Shown here: piece by piece, positions 46,088 to 56,646 of the stretch
Position numbering within the stretch: the stretch's first letter is position 1
How the letters are laid out: each line of letters begins with the position of its first letter
Assembly: GCA_963555985.3 (NCBI GenBank)
Contig: OY820591.1
Location: 2,816,001 to 2,880,000, forward strand
DNA: 64,000 nt
Reading direction: 5' to 3'
Source: Dehalococcoidia bacterium
Lineage (GTDB): Bacteria; Chloroflexota; Dehalococcoidia; Bin125
Translations under genes and position numbers: made by a program
Notes under the pieces: model-generated
What the model saw: only the letters and a program-made list of their open reading frames with translations
Database searches by the model: none
What the model was told of the DNA's origin: nothing

Positions 46088-46522
46088 TCAGAGGATCGAA
46101 TCAATCGACGCCGGCCCGGCCCCCATCAGGATCAGCGCGATGCAGGCGAAGACCATGAGCACATCCAGCTCATAGCCCTGCTTGTCGGAGCTGCCCTGGA
46201 AGGGGAGGCCTTCTTTGAATTTGTTGACGTAGGTGGCGACCATCATGTTGATCGCGAGCGGAATCGCGATCCAGGGCACGAGCAGGCCGGCCAGCAGGAG
46301 CAGCCCGCCCACGAGTTCGACCGAAGCCACGCCCGGTCCGGCGAGCTTGGGGAAGGGCACGCCCAGCGATTCGAGCCAACCCGAGAACCCGCCGATCCCG
46401 CGCCGGAATTTGCCCAGGCCGGCATCAATGAAGATGACGCCGAGCACAATTCGCAGAGGGATCGGGGCCCACTCCAACACTTCTGAGCCAAAGGGGGCGG
46501 AGAGCCAATCGCCAACGTCCAT
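46088..46522 (-). CDS. DoxX family membrane protein
   Basis: LRIVLGVIFIDAGLGK, ELVGGLLLLAG, GYE and GAGPASID. Confidence 0.9.
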   Translation of the reverse strand: MDVGDWLSAPFGSEVLEWAPIPLRIVLGVIFIDAGLGKFRRGIGGFSGWLESLGVPFPKLAGPGVASVELVGGLLLLAGLLVPWIAIPLAINMMVATYVNKFKEGLPFQGSSDKQGYELDVLMVFACIALILMGAGPASIDSIL

Positions 46523-46601
46523 GCCGGGCTCGCTTTCTTGCTGGTCAAGGGTTCATTGGCGGGCAAGGTAGCGGACGTGGAGGTCTGTGATGTTCCTGCG
46601 C

Positions 46602-46628
46602 TCCGCTGCGGCAAGCGCGGGTACGACG
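46602..46628 (+). repeat. Degenerate single type-A unit
   Basis: GCGGCAAGCGCGGGTACGACG matches 43333-43352. Confidence 0.55.
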
Positions 46629-46710
46629 CGAATGGGGATGGGGAGAGATGCACAGCGTGGGGTACGATCCTCTATAGACAGGCAATCTTGGTCAGGAAGG
46701 GGCTTGGTTC

Positions 46711-47403
46711 ATGGGTAAGTTTGCCGATGCGATTCGGGACCGGCGCAAGAGCGGCCAGCGGCGGTTGGGGTTTGGCGCGGCTGCGGACGAAAAAGAGCCT
46801 TCGATCCTGGTCGGTTCGGTGGGAGCGGTCGAGGGGGCCGACTTTTTCGTACTGTTCGAGGGGGAAGAAGCCGCGGTTGAGACCAAGGAGGAGCAGCTCT
46901 GGGGTATGCGTATCGCCGCCGCGACGCTCGACCGAGTGACTGAGGCGCGCGAAGCGGGAGCGGCGTTTGTAACGATCTGGCTGGAACACTCGCGAGCAGA
47001 GGCGCTGCTCGATGAGCAGATGGACTATGTGATTCGAGTTCCGCAGACTCGGCTCGAGGATTCCGATGCGCGCGCTCTGGCCGGCTTGCGTCCAACAGTG
47101 GTTTCGCCAAACGTGGAGTTCCCGCTGCGGATGAGAGGTCTGCTCGAACTGCGGCGGCTGGGGCAGCTGACCGGCGCGGCATTGGGAATCACTGTGCCGG
47201 CCGATATCTCGGAGCGGGATCTGGAGTTGTTGCGGAACACGGGCGTAGTGGCGGTCGTGATTGAGCAGGCGGACGCCGAGGAGATCGCGGCGGTGAAGGA
47301 GCGCGTAGCTGGCCTGCCCGAGCTCAAAGTGCGGCGCGATGAGGATATCCAGCCGCTGCTGCCCACGCCGTCCGCAGGAGGTGGCGAGGACCATGGGGCC
47401 TAA
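46711..47403 (+). CDS. Hypothetical protein, possibly a degenerate TIM-barrel
   Basis: 230 aa with alternating beta/alpha pattern (EAGAAFV, LRNTGVVAVV). No catalytic motif recognised. Confidence 0.65.
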   Translation: MGKFADAIRDRRKSGQRRLGFGAAADEKEPSILVGSVGAVEGADFFVLFEGEEAAVETKEEQLWGMRIAAATLDRVTEAREAGAAFVTIWLEHSRAEALLDEQMDYVIRVPQTRLEDSDARALAGLRPTVVSPNVEFPLRMRGLLELRRLGQLTGAALGITVPADISERDLELLRNTGVVAVVIEQADAEEIAAVKERVAGLPELKVRRDEDIQPLLPTPSAGGGEDHGA

Positions 47404-47421
47404 CGGCGCGTCGATAGGGCG

Positions 47422-48027
47422 TTAGTCGCGGAAGGGCGTGCGGTTCTGGGGTTCGAGGCTGCTGCGCGAATTGCCGGTGGCGAGGCGGAGGAAGTAGACC
47501 ATCCCACCGGCGGCGACGATGCCGATCAAGATCGCGACCGTCCAGAGCACGAGCGACTGGCTCGACTTGGTTTCGACGACTTCGACGCCGCCTTCGGGCG
47601 GGACGAAGTTGTGATCGACGGTGAAGCTGTAATCGCCGCTGATTGGTCTGAGATCGCCCTGAGCGTCTTCGTAGAGGACGCGGTAGCGGACGTGGAGCGC
47701 GCCGTCGTGCTCGACGTGGAGCGGGACGATCAGGGTGCGCGCGCTGTAGGTGCTGATGTTGGCGTAGCCGTCGTCGACGCGGTTGCCGTCGACGTCGGTG
47801 ACTTCGACGTGGTGCGCGTTCTTGAGCAGGGCGAGCGGTTGATCAAAGGTGAGCACGAGTTGGTGGGGCGCTTCGCTCACGGTGACGCCTTCGTGCGGTT
47901 CGGCCTGGATCAGGCCGGTGGCGCGGGCGGGAGCGGTTGCGACCCAGACAGCAAGCAGGACGGTTGCGGTTGCGAGCAGGAGCGCCCAGAGGAATCGCGA
48001 GCGCGGGAGCAGTCGTGCGTGGGTCAT
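47422..48027 (-). CDS. Membrane-anchored CopC-like protein
   Basis: Signal peptide (APARA), L....P..G..V..AP..L.L.F..P, VTDVDGNRVD, V.YRV, GDYSFTV and a C-terminal TM helix. Confidence 0.75.
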   Translation of the reverse strand: MTHARLLPRSRFLWALLLATATVLLAVWVATAPARATGLIQAEPHEGVTVSEAPHQLVLTFDQPLALLKNAHHVEVTDVDGNRVDDGYANISTYSARTLIVPLHVEHDGALHVRYRVLYEDAQGDLRPISGDYSFTVDHNFVPPEGGVEVVETKSSQSLVLWTVAILIGIVAAGGMVYFLRLATGNSRSSLEPQNRTPFRD

Positions 48028-48098
48028 GCTGTGGCCTCCGCGCTTGATCCTACGTAGGCGCGGGTTCGCAGACAAGCTGGAGGCGCGGGATTGGATGC

Positions 48099-49241
48099 TT
48101 AGCCGACTGTGATGCGCGGGACACGCGGGCCGATCCCGGTGCAGATTTCGTAGGGAATTGCGCCCGTCCAGTCGGACATCTCCCAAGCGCTGAGCTCGGC
48201 TTCGCCGTCGACTCCGATCAGGGTGACGGCATCTCCGACTTGGGCGTCGGGGATGTGGGTGAGGTCGATCATGGCGCAGTCCATGCAGATTGCTCCGAGG
48301 TAGGGGGCGCGGCTTCCGCGTATCAGAGTTGCGCCGGGTCCGCTGACGCTGCGGCGGAGGCCGTCGGCGTAGCCTGCTCCGATCACGCCGATGCGGGCAT
48401 CGTGTGGGGCTGTCCAGAGACCTCCGTAGGAGACGGATTCGCCCGCCTTAAGGTCGCGGATTGCGAGCAGGCGCGCTTTCCAGCTCAGCACCGGTTTGAG
48501 TTCGGACTCGTTGCTGCGGAAGGGGTCAATGCCGTAGAGGGCGAGGCCAGGGCGGACGAGTTCGAGCGCCGTTTGCGGAAAGCGAAGCAGGGCCGCGCTC
48601 GCGGCGGCGTGTCGGATCGGCGCGCCAATTGCGTTGGCGGTCTGCATGAAGGCGTGAAAGGCGTTGAGAGTGTGGCTCTCGTCCCCGGTGCCGGCGTTGG
48701 GGAAGTGGGTCATTGTCCCTTCGAGGTACAGGTTCGGGCAGCGGCTGACGACTTCGGCGAGTTTGAGCGCGTCGGTGTGAGAGAGGCCGAAGCGCTGCAT
48801 TCCCGCATCGAGGTTGAGGTGGATGGGGAGCGTAGCTTCGTCTGCGCGGGCAGCGGTATTGAGAGCTTGGGCGGTTTCGGGGGTATCGACGACGGCGGTG
48901 AGTCGGGAGCGGGCGATGTCGGGGGCGTCTTCGGGCAGGATCGGCCCGAGCACGAGGATGGAGCTGTCGATTCCGTGTTCGCGCAGGTGGATCGCTTCGG
49001 GGAGGGAGAAGACAGCGCAGAGCGGCGCGCCGGCCTCGAGGGCGGCTTGGGCGACGGTTGGCGCGCCATGCCCGTAGCCGTCGGCTTTGACTACGGCGGC
49101 GAGTTGCGCGGTTCCGGCTCGGCGTTGCAGCGTTCGCACGTTATGAGCGAGCGCGTGGAGGTCGATTTCGGCCCAGGAGTTGGCGCTGGTGGGGATCGTG
49201 CGCGGCGGGATACACTTGCCGCGGGTGACTGTGTTTACCAT
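48099..49241 (-). CDS. alr: Alanine racemase
   Basis: AVVKADGYGHG (PLP lysine), VRPGLALYG, VSYGG, GYADG, ICMD and IPYEI. Confidence 0.96.
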   Translation of the reverse strand: MVNTVTRGKCIPPRTIPTSANSWAEIDLHALAHNVRTLQRRAGTAQLAAVVKADGYGHGAPTVAQAALEAGAPLCAVFSLPEAIHLREHGIDSSILVLGPILPEDAPDIARSRLTAVVDTPETAQALNTAARADEATLPIHLNLDAGMQRFGLSHTDALKLAEVVSRCPNLYLEGTMTHFPNAGTGDESHTLNAFHAFMQTANAIGAPIRHAAASAALLRFPQTALELVRPGLALYGIDPFRSNESELKPVLSWKARLLAIRDLKAGESVSYGGLWTAPHDARIGVIGAGYADGLRRSVSGPGATLIRGSRAPYLGAICMDCAMIDLTHIPDAQVGDAVTLIGVDGEAELSAWEMSDWTGAIPYEICTGIGPRVPRITVG

Positions 49242-49247
49242 CTAGCC

Positions 49248-51608
49248 GTGTCGCATCCGCCGCCGCGCCGATTTCACGCTATCACTGTAGCTGCCGCCTC
49301 GTATCTGGCCGTTGCGCTTTGCGGGCTGTTGCTGGTGATCGTGAGCGGGTGCGGCGGAGACGACGCGGAGCCTCAGCAGGCGGCTCAGGGGGAGCCGCCT
49401 GCGGCTGTTGAGCCCGAGGCTCCGGCGGTCGCCGACACGCAGGCAGTTGAACAGGTCTCGCCGCCGCAGACGCGGCCGCAGCGAACCGGGCGCGACCCGC
49501 TGTTGATCCAGATCGGTCAGGCAGAGGCGCTCGAAGGGAACGGGTATTGGGACGAGGCGGCGGCGCTGCGACAGGAGGTGCTGGACGCTCCGGCGCTGGT
49601 TGGGCTGATTGGAGTTGACGCTGCGCATCGGCTGCAACTCGATCAGGTTCGGCTATTGCTACGAATGCGGCGTCCGGGGGAGGCGGAGGCGGCGCTGTCT
49701 GCATTACCTCTGAATGCTCTCTCGCCGGAATTGGGGCGGCGTCATGCGCTCTTGTCGGCGTCGCTTGCGTTGGCGGTGAATGAGATTGACAAGGCGGTCA
49801 GCGCAGTCGAGCGGTATGTGGCTCTGGAAGGCGCGGCGGCGAGTTCGGCGTTGTTGGAGGTAGCGGAGCGGTTGGTCTCGATTGACGGCGCGGCTGCGAT
49901 TGGGCTGTTGGAGCGAGCCTTGGGCGATGATCTGTTGCCGCTCCAGGCGCGGCGGCGGGCGCTCTGGCTGATCGCACGCGGGTTGGACGATGCGGGCGAA
50001 GTGGAGGCTGCGCGTGGGCGATTTGAGCAATTCCACGAGGTCAGCGTGTACGAGCCGGATCGGGTCTACGCACTTTCAAGAATCGGGGCGCTCTCGGCTG
50101 ACTTGGGCGATGTTGAGGCGGCGGTCGCGGCCTGGAGGACGTTGGTAGCGGGATATCCCTCCTATCCGGCTGCCTGGGAGGCGTTGGACACGCTGCGCGC
50201 AGCGGGTGAGGTGGTGGATGACCTGACGGCGGGCATCGTGCTGATCGAGGCGGGCCGCTATCAAGAGGCGCGCAATACCATGCTGACGATCTTGGGCGAT
50301 CCGGCGGATTCCGGCGAAGCGGCGGCAGCCGAGTTCTACATCGCCGATATTCATCAGCGGCAAGAGAATTTCGACAGTGCGCGTCTGGGGTATGAGGCGA
50401 CGATTGGGCGCGATCCGTCGAGTGCAGTGGCGGCGGAGTCGCTGATGCGGCTGGCGGAATTCGCGTTGGCAGCCGGCGACGGCGACGGAGCAGAGCAGCG
50501 CTGGGAACGGGTCGTGCGGGAACACGCGGATTATGCACGGGCGGTTGAGGCGGCCTGGCGCTGGAGCTGGGCGGCGGTCGAACGAGGCGAATGGTCGGCG
50601 GCGGCTGAGCGATTTTTCGACGCCGAAGCTGTGGGTGCGGAGCTTTGGGGTGTAGAGACGCGGCAGCGGCTGTTGTTCTGGTCGGCGCTCGCGGCTGCGG
50701 AGGCGGGAGATGCCGCGAACGCGCGGGTGCAGGCGCGGCGCGTGATCGAGCTGGGGCCGGAGCGCTACTACGCGCTGCGGGCGGCGCTGTTGATTGATTT
50801 CGGTTGGCCGGCGCTGTATGTCGGGGAAGCTGCAGATTCGTGGTTGGCCGAGCAGACGGGAGAGCTTCCGGCGCTGGTGGGACTGGAAGAGATCGGGGGC
50901 TGGGCGGCGGCGCGTGAGCTCAGACTGGGGGGGTTCGACGACGCGGCGGACATGGTGTTGTCGGCCATGGTCGATCGGGCAGTCGGGGCCTGGGCGCTGT
51001 ACTCGCTGGCTGAGCAGTTCGCGGAAGCGGGTGAGTTCACTGCGTCGGCGCGCGCCGGATCGGCGCTGTTGAGGGTGTTGGAGGTGAGCTGGCCCGACGC
51101 TCCCGCAGCGATCGTGAAGCTGGCCTATCCGCGTCCCTGGTCGGAGTTGACGGCGCAGGTGGAAGGGCGGAACGACGTAGACCCGCTCCTGCTCATGGCG
51201 CTGATCCGGCGCGAGAGTTTCTATGACCCGGATGCGAGGGGGCTGGCGGGAGAGGTGGGATTGACTCAGGTGATTCCGTCGACGGGGGGCGATATCGCGT
51301 CGGGGTTGGGGCTGGAGTACGAGCATGAGGATTTGGCGCGTCCGCAGCTGGCGATTCGCTTTGGCGCGGCCTACCTGGGCTGGCAGCTGGAGGCGTTTGA
51401 GCGCACGGCGATCGCGCTGGCGGCCTATAACGCCGGCCCCGGCAATGCGTCGCGTTGGCTGGAGGAAGCGTCGGCGCTGCCGCTGTCGTCGTTGGAGGAC
51501 GCCTTTCTAGAGGTGATGTCTTTCCGCTCGACCCAGGCGTATGTGCGCTATGTGATCGAGTCGTGGGCGGTCTACTGGGCGCTGGCGGCGTTGGAGCAGG
51601 AACCATGA
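49248..51608 (+). CDS. TPR-repeat lipoprotein with a C-terminal soluble lytic transglycosylase domain
   Basis: Lipobox VSGC, TPR-like helices, ALIRRES, GLTQV, AYNAGPG and TQAYV. The ORF-track start at 48240 overlaps alr, so GTG 49248 is preferred. Confidence 0.88.
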   Translation: MSHPPPRRFHAITVAAASYLAVALCGLLLVIVSGCGGDDAEPQQAAQGEPPAAVEPEAPAVADTQAVEQVSPPQTRPQRTGRDPLLIQIGQAEALEGNGYWDEAAALRQEVLDAPALVGLIGVDAAHRLQLDQVRLLLRMRRPGEAEAALSALPLNALSPELGRRHALLSASLALAVNEIDKAVSAVERYVALEGAAASSALLEVAERLVSIDGAAAIGLLERALGDDLLPLQARRRALWLIARGLDDAGEVEAARGRFEQFHEVSVYEPDRVYALSRIGALSADLGDVEAAVAAWRTLVAGYPSYPAAWEALDTLRAAGEVVDDLTAGIVLIEAGRYQEARNTMLTILGDPADSGEAAAAEFYIADIHQRQENFDSARLGYEATIGRDPSSAVAAESLMRLAEFALAAGDGDGAEQRWERVVREHADYARAVEAAWRWSWAAVERGEWSAAAERFFDAEAVGAELWGVETRQRLLFWSALAAAEAGDAANARVQARRVIELGPERYYALRAALLIDFGWPALYVGEAADSWLAEQTGELPALVGLEEIGGWAAARELRLGGFDDAADMVLSAMVDRAVGAWALYSLAEQFAEAGEFTASARAGSALLRVLEVSWPDAPAAIVKLAYPRPWSELTAQVEGRNDVDPLLLMALIRRESFYDPDARGLAGEVGLTQVIPSTGGDIASGLGLEYEHEDLARPQLAIRFGAAYLGWQLEAFERTAIALAAYNAGPGNASRWLEEASALPLSSLEDAFLEVMSFRSTQAYVRYVIESWAVYWALAALEQEP

Positions 51609-51645
51609 ATGAGGGTGCGAGTTGCGAGCGTTGTCTCAGGCGCGG

Positions 51646-51673
51646 TTGTGTGGCGCATGGGCGTCCGTATACT
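51646..51673 (+). promoter_or_regulatory. Sigma70-type promoter of the rpmH operon
   Basis: TTGTGT-N16-TATACT upstream of rpmH. Confidence 0.5.
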
Positions 51674-51765
51674 GAGAATTCGAGTTACCACGATGCCCAC
51701 CGGCGGTCGCTGCGCGCCCCTGTTCTCTGTCCTGTAGCGCAGACCGCGATGTGTGGAGGGAATTG

Positions 51766-51906
51766 ATGCCAAAACGCACCTATCAGCCGAAGCGGATTCC
51801 GCGCAAGCGGGAGCATGGCTTTCGCAAGCGGATGTCCAGCCGCGGCGGCCGGGCCGTGCTCAAGCGCCGGCGCGCGCGCGGCCGCAGACGTCTGACGGTC
51901 GTCTGA
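51766..51906 (+). CDS. rpmH: 50S ribosomal protein L34 (not in the ORF track)
   Basis: [46 protein letters not shown]; RBS GGAGG. Confidence 0.98.
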   Translation: MPKRTYQPKRIPRKREHGFRKRMSSRGGRAVLKRRRARGRRRLTVV

Positions 51907-51957
51907 GCGCGGCCCGACGGTGCCGCGCCGCCGCGATTCCGGCGCGGACACAGCTTC

Positions 51958-52314
51958 ATGCGCCGCGAGCAACGACTCCAGCGCCGCCGAGACTTCGATG
52001 CCGTCTTTCGGGACGGCGTGCGCATCTCGCGGGGCGTACTGTCGCTGCGAGTCTTGGAGCGCGGGGATGATGCGCCGAGCCGCTTCGGTTTCGCGATCAG
52101 TTCGCGCCTGGGCAGCGCGGTCGTGCGCAACCGCATCCGTCGCCGCTTGCGCGAATCCGCCCGCCGGATCGAGGCGCGAGGACTGGATGTCGTGGTGATC
52201 GCCCGTGAAGGCGCAGGCCAAGCGAGTTATCAAGAGTTGGATCGAACCTTGACACAGCTGCTTCGCCGAATCCGTGAGCGACCGTCACGCCGTCGCCCTC
52301 GAGGGGATAGGTGA
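51958..52314 (+). CDS. rnpA: Ribonuclease P protein component
   Basis: RL....DF..VF, RFGFAIS and [13 protein letters not shown] (RNR motif). Confidence 0.96.
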   Translation: MRREQRLQRRRDFDAVFRDGVRISRGVLSLRVLERGDDAPSRFGFAISSRLGSAVVRNRIRRRLRESARRIEARGLDVVVIAREGAGQASYQELDRTLTQLLRRIRERPSRRRPRGDR

Positions 52315-52571
52315 ACGTGACCCTGCTCACTCGCGCGTTGACCCTCCTGCTGCGCGGCTATCAGCTCGCTCTCTCGCCCTTCTTCGCTGCGCTGGGTTCG
52401 CAGTGCCGCTTCGAGCCGTCTTGCTCTCAGTACATGATCGACGCCGTCGAATCGCGCGGCCCGCTGGTCGGCACGGCGCTCGGCGTTTGGCGCATTCTGC
52501 GCTGCAATCCCTTCAATTCCGGCGGCTACGACCCCGCCCCCTCCGCATCCGGACGTTCGAGCCGTATATGA
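52311..52571 (+). CDS. yidD: Membrane protein insertion efficiency factor
   Basis: YQ...[12 protein letters not shown] and [13 protein letters not shown]. Confidence 0.95.
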   Translation: MNVTLLTRALTLLLRGYQLALSPFFAALGSQCRFEPSCSQYMIDAVESRGPLVGTALGVWRILRCNPFNSGGYDPAPSASGRSSRI

Positions 52572-53761
52572 CACGCTTCCACCCGCTGCCGCTGATCCGT
52601 CGCCGCTTCCTGCTGGTTCTGGCGCTGCTCCTGGCCTTGCCGCTGATCGCCGCCTGCGATGTCGCCGACCAGCCCGACGGCTGGGGCGCGCCCACGCCGG
52701 ATCCGATGGAACCGGAGACCCAGCTGCTGGTACCCACCGGCGGCGACCGCGTGATCGCGGTGCGCTTCATCGACCAGACGCTCGGCGCGGCGGTCTGGCA
52801 ATTCCCCGACGAGGACAATCAATTCCCCGGCCTGGACGAGGAGATCAAGCCGGTCGCGTTCTATGCCGATCCGGTCTGGTCGCCCTTCACTGACGAGTGG
52901 CTGCTTGCGGGCTATCAGGACGGTACCGTCTACGCCGTCCGGCGCGACGGTGAGAGCGCGCGGGTGCTCTTCAGCACCGAGGCGCGGATCGTGGCTAACC
53001 TGATCCTGGATGACGACCGCATCTACATCGCTGATACCGCTTACCGCGTTCATGCCGTGGGCTTGGAACAACCGGAGACGACGATCTGGATGTGGGAAGG
53101 CGACTCCGATCGGCAGATCTGGAGCGCGCCTGCACTGGTGGAGACGGCTCGTGGACGACTGTTGGTCGTGGCCGGACTGGACGGACGGGTGACGGCGCTG
53201 ACGGTTGACGGAGACGAGCCCGGCTCGGAGGTGTGGAGCTTCGAGGCCGAGGCCGCGATCGCCGGTTCGCTCACCGCCGCCGACGGGATTGTCTATGTGG
53301 GCGGATTTGATCGCGTCTTCTACGCGCTTGATGCGGCATCGGGGACGATGATCTGGAGCGCGGAAGGATCGCACTGGTTCTGGTCGACGCCGCTGATCCA
53401 TGAGGGCACCGTGTTCGTGGCAGATTTGCGCGGCAATGTCTACGCCTGGGACGCGAGGAACGGCGCTGAGCGCTGGCTCACGCCCTATGAGGCCAACGAC
53501 CGCATTCGCACGCAGCCGCTGATCGCGGCTCGCGGCGAAGGGGCGGCGGTGTTGATTCTCGTCTCGCGCGACGGCACGGTGCATCAGCTCAATGCATCCG
53601 ACGGAACGGCGCTGCGGCGTTTCAACGTCTCGGGCGCCAAAGACCTGATGGCAGACGCGATCCTGCGCGAGGATCGCATCCTGATCAGCGATGAAGACGG
53701 ATCACTCTACGCGGTTCTGTTAGGCGCGAATCAGGCCGAGCGGCTCTGGCCGCAGGGCTAG
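52568..53761 (+). CDS. PQQ-like beta-propeller lipoprotein (BamB-like fold)
   Basis: Lipobox LIAAC. Blade repeats [22 protein letters not shown] and [25 protein letters not shown] overlaps the yidD stop (ATGA). Confidence 0.85.
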   Translation: MTRFHPLPLIRRRFLLVLALLLALPLIAACDVADQPDGWGAPTPDPMEPETQLLVPTGGDRVIAVRFIDQTLGAAVWQFPDEDNQFPGLDEEIKPVAFYADPVWSPFTDEWLLAGYQDGTVYAVRRDGESARVLFSTEARIVANLILDDDRIYIADTAYRVHAVGLEQPETTIWMWEGDSDRQIWSAPALVETARGRLLVVAGLDGRVTALTVDGDEPGSEVWSFEAEAAIAGSLTAADGIVYVGGFDRVFYALDAASGTMIWSAEGSHWFWSTPLIHEGTVFVADLRGNVYAWDARNGAERWLTPYEANDRIRTQPLIAARGEGAAVLILVSRDGTVHQLNASDGTALRRFNVSGAKDLMADAILREDRILISDEDGSLYAVLLGANQAERLWPQG

Positions 53762-53798
53762 CGCGCATGAGTACGACGGGCGACAGGCAGCTTCCCTG

Positions 53799-54785
53799 AT
53801 GGACATCTTCGACTTCATCTGGAACGACATTCTGATTGGCCCGATCATGAACGGGCTGATCGCGATCGCCAACGCTGTTGACGGCAACTATGGGGTTGCG
53901 ATCATTCTCTTCACGATTCTCGTGCGGATCATCACTTATCCGCTCACCTTGCGGCAGTTGCGGGCGACACGCTCGATGCAGGAAATGCAGCCGCGGATGC
54001 AGGAGATCCAGAAGAAGTACAAGGATCCCAAGCGCCGCCAAGAAGAGTTGATGAAGGTCTATCGGGAGGCCGGATTCAACCCGCTCGGCTGTCTCTGGCC
54101 GCTGCTGGTGCAGATGCCGATCTGGATCGCGCTCTACCAGGTCTTGCGGCGGACGCTGGGAGACACGCCCGAGCAGTTGCTGCGGCTTTCGAGCGATCTC
54201 TACGACTGGGCGTTCATCACCAGCGCGATCCCGATCAACCGCGATTTCCTCTTCTGGGATTTGGGCTCGTCGTCGTTGGAGCAGTCGCTGCCGCTGGCGA
54301 TTTTGGTCGGTGTGACGGCCTACATCCAGCAGAAGGTATCGACGGCGCGGATGGGCGTGCAGGATGAACGCTCGCAGTCGATGAACCGCACGATGTTGTG
54401 GATGATGCCGTTCATGTTCGGATTCTTCACGCTCCAGGTGCCGGCCGGGTTGGGTATCTACTGGCTGGTAACGAGCGTGTTCACGATTCTGACCTCGTGG
54501 TGGTACTACTTCTACCGCCCCGGCATTCCCTGGTCTTGGAAGTGGCTGCTCTCGTCGGAGCCGCTGCCTGCGCCCGCTTCGGCGGTCAGCGGCGGCGGTT
54601 CGGTGGCGGCCAGCCGCACAGAACATGATTCGGAGGAGCAGGACGCAGACGAGGAGGCGGAACCCGCGCGGCCGCAGCGCAGCAGTCAGCGGCGGGGTTC
54701 CACAAGCGCCGCGCGCCGGAGGAGACGCCGGCGGCGGCAGGCCAACCGCGCCGCTTCGCGTCCGCGCCGCTCCGCAGACAGCTGA
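53799..54785 (+). CDS. yidC: Membrane protein insertase YidC (short type)
   Basis: YGVAIILFTILVR, NPLGCLWPLLVQMPI and PAGLGIYW; Arg-rich tail. Confidence 0.96.
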   Translation: MDIFDFIWNDILIGPIMNGLIAIANAVDGNYGVAIILFTILVRIITYPLTLRQLRATRSMQEMQPRMQEIQKKYKDPKRRQEELMKVYREAGFNPLGCLWPLLVQMPIWIALYQVLRRTLGDTPEQLLRLSSDLYDWAFITSAIPINRDFLFWDLGSSSLEQSLPLAILVGVTAYIQQKVSTARMGVQDERSQSMNRTMLWMMPFMFGFFTLQVPAGLGIYWLVTSVFTILTSWWYYFYRPGIPWSWKWLLSSEPLPAPASAVSGGGSVAASRTEHDSEEQDADEEAEPARPQRSSQRRGSTSAARRRRRRRRQANRAASRPRRSADS

Positions 54786-54797
54786 GGGCATGACACT

Positions 54798-55841
54798 ATG
54801 GCACGAAACACGATTGAACAATCCGGCCGCACCGTTGATGACGCCGTTCAGACGGCGTTACAGAAGCTCGGCCTGAACCGCACCCAAGTCGAGGTTGAGG
54901 TGGTTGCGGAAGGGCGGGCCGGAATTGGCCCGATCGGTCACCGACCGGCAGTAGTGCGGGTGACGCCTTTGGAGGCGGACGGCGCAGCCGAACCCGGCTC
55001 GAGCTCGGATCAACGCGCCCCCTTGCCTCGAATCGACGATTACGCCGATCCGACCGAGCTCGATCCGGCGCGGCGCGGCGCGGCGCGGGAGGGTCCGCGC
55101 CGTCGCGGTCGGCAACGCGCGGCTGAGCGCGAGAGCCAACCCGAAGCGCAGCCCGATCACCGGCAGCGTTCGCGCCCGCGCCAGGTGGTGCAGCCGAGCG
55201 GCGAGCGGCGGGGACGCCGGGCCGTGAATCGCGAGCATCAGGGCGGCGAGGGCTCGCGTCGTTCCGACCGTCGCCGCAGCGGCTCACGGCCGGCGCCGCG
55301 CGAGCCGCTGCCACCGTTTGAGCTGCTAGCCGACCCGGACTATGAGCCGAACGAGGATCCGAGGCAGTTTGCGGTCGAATTACTGACCGACATCGTGCAT
55401 CAGCTGGGGTTTGACGTTGAGGTAGTCGCGCGTGATCCCGAAACGCCGATGGACGGCTTGAATCACGCGGTGGCGGTGCTGGATGTGAATGCGGTTGGGG
55501 GCGAAGACTTGGGTCTGTTGATCGGTCGGCACGGATCGCATGTAGCGGCGTTGCAATATCTGGTTAACGTGATCCTCTCGCGCGCGGTTGAGGGCAATCA
55601 TCCGATCACGGTTGATGTGGACGGCTACCGCCGCCGGCGCGAGACGGCGCTGGTCGAAATGGCCCAGCGCGCGGCGGGGGAGGTGCGGGAATTCGGCGAA
55701 GCGGTTGAGTTGGCGGCGATGCCGGCGGCCGAGCGGCGGATTATCCACTTGCAAATTCAGGACGATCCTGAATTGCAAACCCATTCCGTGGGCGAAGGGG
55801 CTTCGCGTCGGGTCCGCATTCTGTACCGTGAGGACGGCTGA
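54798..55841 (+). CDS. jag: RNA-binding protein Jag/KhpB/EloR
   Basis: Jag_N (GRTVDDAV), KH (LIGRHG..ALQYL) and R3H (ERRIIH..SVGEG). Confidence 0.93.
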   Translation: MARNTIEQSGRTVDDAVQTALQKLGLNRTQVEVEVVAEGRAGIGPIGHRPAVVRVTPLEADGAAEPGSSSDQRAPLPRIDDYADPTELDPARRGAAREGPRRRGRQRAAERESQPEAQPDHRQRSRPRQVVQPSGERRGRRAVNREHQGGEGSRRSDRRRSGSRPAPREPLPPFELLADPDYEPNEDPRQFAVELLTDIVHQLGFDVEVVARDPETPMDGLNHAVAVLDVNAVGGEDLGLLIGRHGSHVAALQYLVNVILSRAVEGNHPITVDVDGYRRRRETALVEMAQRAAGEVREFGEAVELAAMPAAERRIIHLQIQDDPELQTHSVGEGASRRVRILYREDG

Positions 55842-55863
55842 TTGAGGCAAGGGGCGGTGTGCG

Positions 55864-56642
<779 letters not shown>

Positions 56643-56646
<4 letters not shown>

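Noticed and set aside
48240-49247. N-terminal 336 codons of the 1122-aa ORF
   Set aside because: Antisense to alr. The signal peptide and lipobox begin only after 49248.
55741-55749. DnaA-box-like TTATCCACT
   Set aside because: A single mismatched copy inside jag coding sequence, with no cluster or AT-rich unwinding region.
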